Virus record (IMG/VR): IMGVR_UViG_3300028805_000089
Location: 24,718-88,717 of that record
Reading direction: 5' to 3' (one strand)
DNA length: 64,000 bases
From: a virus
Lineage: Duplodnaviria > Caudoviricetes
Below, one piece after another: positions 60,022 through 64,000 of the stretch; the first letter of the stretch is position 1; every line of letters begins with the position of its first letter. Position numbers and translations under genes: made by a program. Under the pieces are notes generated by a model. The model was not told where the DNA came from and searched no databases. It worked only from the letters and a program-made list of their open reading frames with translations.

Positions 60022-60201
60022 TCACCGTCTTGCTCTGATAAGACTTATCAGTTCCTTGATTGCGTCTTTGATTCCGTCTGTATTGCTATAGCATCTTTTG
60101 CAGAACAGGATGAGCCACAGCGCCATGTTTATGAATCCAAGCGTTTGACGGATATTTTTTAATTCACTTACAATTTTCCCAATAGCTTCAGTTTCAGTCA
60201 T
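60022..60201 (-). CDS. small hypothetical protein
   Basis: MTETEAIGK start, hydrophobic core. Confidence 0.5.
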   Translation of the reverse strand: MTETEAIGKIVSELKNIRQTLGFINMALWLILFCKRCYSNTDGIKDAIKELISLIRARR

Positions 60202-60208
60202 TCCAATT

Positions 60209-60583
60209 TCACCGCCTTTCGCTGTTCGTCCGTGGGCCGATAACTCCAGCAACGCCACTGTTCTTTTCACTTTCTTCTCGTTCTGCAAGGCTGCAATAAT
60301 CGCTATTGCTATGCCCTACCATTTGCTGATACTTTCCGCATTTTGGCGGAATAAAATCGTCTTTGTCTGTTATATGTCCCGGTACCCACCATCTACAATC
60401 TTTACACCTGACAACCATTTGCCTGTCTTCAACATCCATAGCGCAATTTTCACAACCATCTTGCTTCAGCAGTTCCAACGCCGTTTCCATGATTTCTTTC
60501 AAAAGTTCGTCGCTTGTACAGGCAGGGGTGAAATTCATTATTTCCGACTCAAAATCTTTTATGATTTTCTCCCTGTTATTCAC
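60209..60583 (-). CDS. Cys-rich protein
   Basis: VVRCKDCRWW...DYCSLAER. Confidence 0.65.
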   Translation of the reverse strand: MNNREKIIKDFESEIMNFTPACTSDELLKEIMETALELLKQDGCENCAMDVEDRQMVVRCKDCRWWVPGHITDKDDFIPPKCGKYQQMVGHSNSDYCSLAEREESEKNSGVAGVIGPRTNSERR

Positions 60584-60929
60584 CCCATCGCACCCCCGTC
60601 CCGCACCGGCTGCAGTACCGGATATCTTTGTCCTTTTTCTTCGCCAGCATGTATTCGCACTTCGGGCAATGGTATCTTCCTTCCCACTCCAGAACTTTCT
60701 GCGGAACGTTGTCTTTCAGGCACATTACCTTTTCTTCCGGCGTGATCCTGAACTGGTTGGCCTCCCCGTCGAACCCCATGCCCACACACCGCACTCCCGT
60801 GCATGGTTTCTGTCCGTACGTCATGTAAGGCAGTTCGGTTGAAATAACGACCTTCACTCTTTCAGGATGCTTTTCCTCCTGCGCTGTCTGCTGAACTATT
60901 TCTGCCAATCTGGCAAGCGTCATTCCCAT
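60576..60929 (-). CDS. Zn-ribbon protein
   Basis: CPKC...YCSRCG. Confidence 0.65.
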   Translation of the reverse strand: MGMTLARLAEIVQQTAQEEKHPERVKVVISTELPYMTYGQKPCTGVRCVGMGFDGEANQFRITPEEKVMCLKDNVPQKVLEWEGRYHCPKCEYMLAKKKDKDIRYCSRCGTGVRWGE

Positions 60930-61240
60930 GCGATCATCCTCCCGCATTCCTGACAATACTTGTACTTCGTCTCCGTGATTCCGCCGCACTCCAGTTCCGT
61001 CCACCCGACGACGGCCTCGCATTCCGGGCATTGCCATTCATCATTGCCGACAAATACTGGATTCACCGGCTCTTTACACTTCAGCAGCAATTCCAACAAC
61101 GCGTCCCGCAAAAGCATCGTCTTACACCTGATCTTTAAACCCGGAACGTTTCGATACTTACATTTCTTACAGTTCTCCGGCCCTATACAGTTCATAATGG
61201 CGGCCTTCAGCGCCGTGTCGATATTTGCCATCTCTCGCAT
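60920..61240 (-). CDS. Zn-ribbon protein
   Basis: AAAGGAG RBS; CPECE...YCQECGRMIAW. Confidence 0.7.
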   Translation of the reverse strand: MREMANIDTALKAAIMNCIGPENCKKCKYRNVPGLKIRCKTMLLRDALLELLLKCKEPVNPVFVGNDEWQCPECEAVVGWTELECGGITETKYKYCQECGRMIAWE

Positions 61241-61361
61241 TCTCCTTTCGTCTTATCGCGCAGGCCGGGGTTTCACTTCGTCGCTCCCGCCGTGCGCATC
61301 GACGTTCCCGGGCCTTCCGTCTACTCCATGGCGTTTCGACTGCTCCACTACTGCGCATACA

Positions 61362-61535
61362 TTACTCTCCGTCTTCGTAATCTTCGTCGTCTTCTTCTTC
61401 GTCGTCGTCTCCGTACACGACGGCCTTGTCGCACTCGATGTTTCCCGGTTCCGTATTGACCCGCGCATACTCCATAAGCGCTACGAGCAATATCCCGCAG
61501 GACAAGCCGACAACGAAACATATAATGCTCTCCAT
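61362..61535 (-). CDS. small membrane protein with acidic tail
   Basis: MESIICFVVGL..., paralog of 61705-61866. Confidence 0.6.
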   Translation of the reverse strand: MESIICFVVGLSCGILLVALMEYARVNTEPGNIECDKAVVYGDDDEEEDDEDYEDGE

Positions 61536-61552
61536 TTGCCGCACCTCATTTA

Positions 61553-61690
61553 TTACTCGTACTCGTTCACATCGTATATGAATATGCGTTGTATGCGATG
61601 CGCTTCCATCGCCTCCATCACATCTGCAACCCTTAATATCTCGGTCGTCGCGGCCTCGCGCCCGACACATTCTATAGCTTCAAACTTCAT
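61553..61690 (-). CDS. small hypothetical protein (45 aa)
   Basis: GAGGA RBS, MKFEAIE... Confidence 0.45.
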   Translation of the reverse strand: MKFEAIECVGREAATTEILRVADVMEAMEAHRIQRIFIYDVNEYE

Positions 61691-61704
61691 TCGTTCCTCT
61701 CCGT

Positions 61705-61866
61705 TTATTCCTCGTCCTCGTCGCTGTTATCGAATTCGTTCCCGACAGAATCGAATATGCGTGTTCCAAACCTGTCTACCGCAGCGCCCAATGTGGCAGT
61801 TACCATCAATATCCCGATAAATAGTCCGAAGACCGCCCCTGCGACAAAACATACAATTCCGGTCAT
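61705..61866 (-). CDS. small membrane protein with acidic tail
   Basis: MTGIVCFVAGAVFG...DEDEE. Confidence 0.6.
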   Translation of the reverse strand: MTGIVCFVAGAVFGLFIGILMVTATLGAAVDRFGTRIFDSVGNEFDNSDEDEE

Positions 61867-62219
61867 TCTTCACAATCCTCCCATACGACCCTGAACCGCT
61901 CCCGGTCCGGCGGATACGCCGCACGCATGCAGTCGTCCAACAGCATAAGCGTCCCGTCGTCACTCAAAGCCCATCCGTCGATATCGCAGTAAAGAAGATG
62001 CTTCGCCCATTCCTCGTGCAGGGCAATCTCGTAGGTGTCCGCTTCCTTCCCGGTCTTCGTATCGATGACCCTGAAAGACCGTATGCCCTCCGCGTCCCGC
62101 TTCAAAAGTTCGACAGCCCGCTCGATCTCCCGAATATAATCGTGCTGGGTGTCGGTACAGTCCTCGCTGATAAGATACTCCAGCGCTTCGATAACCTCCG
62201 TTCGCGTTAATTCCCGCAT
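61863..62219 (-). CDS. hypothetical phage protein
   Basis: FRVIDTKTGKEAD...DIDGWAL..DG.L.LLDDC. Confidence 0.7.
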   Translation of the reverse strand: MRELTRTEVIEALEYLISEDCTDTQHDYIREIERAVELLKRDAEGIRSFRVIDTKTGKEADTYEIALHEEWAKHLLYCDIDGWALSDDGTLMLLDDCMRAAYPPDRERFRVVWEDCEE

Positions 62220-62473
62220 GGCCGCAAATCCTCCGGAATCTCCCATCCCCGCTCCTGGACGTAAAGCACCGCGTCCGCAAGCGTAACAAAGTAATGCCCC
62301 GTACCGTCGTACTGCACCGAATACGGCATGATCTTTTCCCCGTTGTACAACAGAACGAACGCGCCGCCGTCCGGAGCAAATCCCCCTGTAAGAGGTTTCC
62401 ACCCCGCGCCGTACTTGTGTACGCTTTCCCATTCCGCTATCGCACGGTCCCTGTCCGACATTCTCTTATACAT
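62207..62473 (-). CDS. hypothetical protein, first gene of the - strand block
   Basis: 88 aa ORF. Confidence 0.6.
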   Translation of the reverse strand: MYKRMSDRDRAIAEWESVHKYGAGWKPLTGGFAPDGGAFVLLYNGEKIMPYSVQYDGTGHYFVTLADAVLYVQERGWEIPEDLRPCGN

Positions 62474-62673
62474 CGAAGGAATACACCCCTTCCTAAAAAT
62501 CTACCTCTCTTAATATTAAACCAGTTTTTGCCCCGGAGTTTAATACTTCGTCCAAATAAAGTCCGGAAACACATTCCTAAAATTACAGTACCCCCGCAAA
62601 CGCTAAATCCGAAAATCCAAGCCCGGATGAAAACATACCCCCACCCCCGCAAACCCTCCCGCGATCCCGAAGA

Positions 62674-62951
62674 CCGGACGCAAACACACCCACCCCGCAC
62701 AGGCATACCCGTATGCACCCCGCGCCCTACGCACCCAACACCTGACACGCACCCGCAGCACACCCCGCACACACCCGAAAACCTGCACCTGCACCGGACG
62801 CAAACCTACCCCCGTACAACCCCCGCCCGTACAACTGACGTGTAACGCAAACACACCCCCTTCCTCGGTACGCATGTCCCTGGGGGAACTCTCTGCATAC
62901 AAACACCGGACGCTAACAGTAGGGGAGATCCTGCACCTTCCGGACGCAAAC
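62674..62951 (+). repeat. four dispersed CCGGACGC(A/T)AAC direct repeats in a C-rich non-coding tract
   Basis: Copies at 62674, 62794, 62906 and 62940. Confidence 0.75.
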
Positions 62952-63790
62952 ATACTCCCCGCCCAATCCTACATCTATTCTCTTCAACCCGGCTCTCAGC
63001 CCCTATATAATATTTCATATGCAATGTATACTATAGTTATGGAAATATCCAAGTAACTATTTTTATTCCAAGTAGCTAAGTAATAAATCCAAGCTGGGTA
63101 TGTATCTATAATTAATTATTCCTTCGGTTGTTTTTTGTCCCTTATGCTGCTATAATATCCACAGGAAGATGTTCCCTCGTTGGCTCTGTTATTCCCCTCT
63201 TGGTATCTGTCCGCTGCTTCTTTATGTCCACACGAGGTCGCACCTCTGACCGCTCCTTCCCTGCGTGTTTTGTATTGCTGCTCTTTATGTCCACAGGGGG
63301 GAGTATCTTTACTTGGCTTTATATGCCGCATCTTGGTACCAACATGCTTTTTATATATCCAAGCTGGGTATAATAAAATACCCTCTGCTATTTATCATGC
63401 AATATACTATATCCGTGGATCGTAAACGTATGGGGGAGTAGAGGTAGTGGAAGGTGGAATGTCAATGCGGAAGGTTAAGGTGAACGGCGAAAGGTGGAAG
63501 GTAGTGGGGGAGTATGGGCATGCCTACGGCCGGGCGCGGATTTTTTGCCAGGATCTGGAAACCGTGGCTAAACAAAAACGCTTTGTTAGATGGTCATAAC
63601 TGGCAGGATCTGGCAGTTATTTTCGATACTGCTGCATATGGTATTCGTTACTATATACGGCAGCATGGGCCGACGACAGTTATGGTACCATTATATTAAT
63701 AATGATACTATAAACGGGCCGTTCTTATTTGACTGTTTGTTTATTAAATAAGTTATTATCTTAATAAGATTTTGGCTTTCTTTGACTTTA

Positions 63791-63812
63791 ACGCTTTAAT
63801 TGATTAAAGCGT
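63791..63812. promoter_or_regulatory. perfect 10-2-10 inverted repeat in an AT-rich intergenic region
   Basis: ACGCTTTAAT-TG-ATTAAAGCGT. Confidence 0.55.
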
Positions 63813-64000
63813 CTTTGTGCTTTACTTTGCTAAAGTACGCTTTAGCCTGCTAAAGTATTAAAGGACTGTCTCTATCTGGTAATTGATACTACGTAACGAA
63901 CTATAGACTACAACTTATTATTATATAATATATAACGAAACATCCGCGCAAGTTGATCGGATCCGGTCAGGCGCTGCCGGTCCGGCGGAGCCGAGGCCAG

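Noticed and set aside
61253-61360. Short frame with two TAGs (MYAQ*WSSRNAME*TEG...)
   Set aside because: No RBS support or protein-like pattern; not counted among the recoded sites.
1-64000. Phage-encoded release factor, aminoacyl-tRNA synthetase, integrase or DNA polymerase
   Set aside because: None is recognisable in this window; they may lie outside it, so lifestyle and RF involvement are undetermined.

Overview
A 64 kb segment of a large, long-tailed (sipho-type) dsDNA phage or prophage. The host is most likely a GC-rich Clostridia/Bacillota (sigmaA-type promoters, AGGAGG RBSs, Firmicutes-type holins and endolysin). Bases 1-10 kb hold a + strand block of small accessory genes, a RuvC-like resolvase, an HNH nuclease, a tRNA cluster, thyX, ssb and a DUF2829/Tad2-like gene. 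Bases 10.3-49 kb hold the - strand late operon (terminase, portal, protease/scaffold, capsid, neck, two major tail proteins, tape measure, tail tip, tail appendages, endolysin, holins). Bases 49-62.5 kb hold two more tRNAs, a cysteine desulfurase, a PAPS-reductase-family gene and many small - strand genes, followed by a repeat-rich non-coding end. Main finding: the phage appears to read TAG as SERINE. I traced 30 in-frame TAG codons in 17 otherwise intact - strand genes, and found no gene that convincingly ends in TAG. The phage encodes a class II tRNA with full serine identity and a CUA anticodon (49389-49475), placed behind its own consensus promoter and a palindromic operator at the head of the late operon. 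One TAG aligns exactly with a TCC (Ser) codon in a near-identical internal paralog, and another sits at the conserved Ser/Thr of a holin motif. The recognised phage amber recoding is TAG->Gln, so a Ser-amber code that may gate lysis and virion genes is the candidate new system. All calls were made by eye, without database searches.
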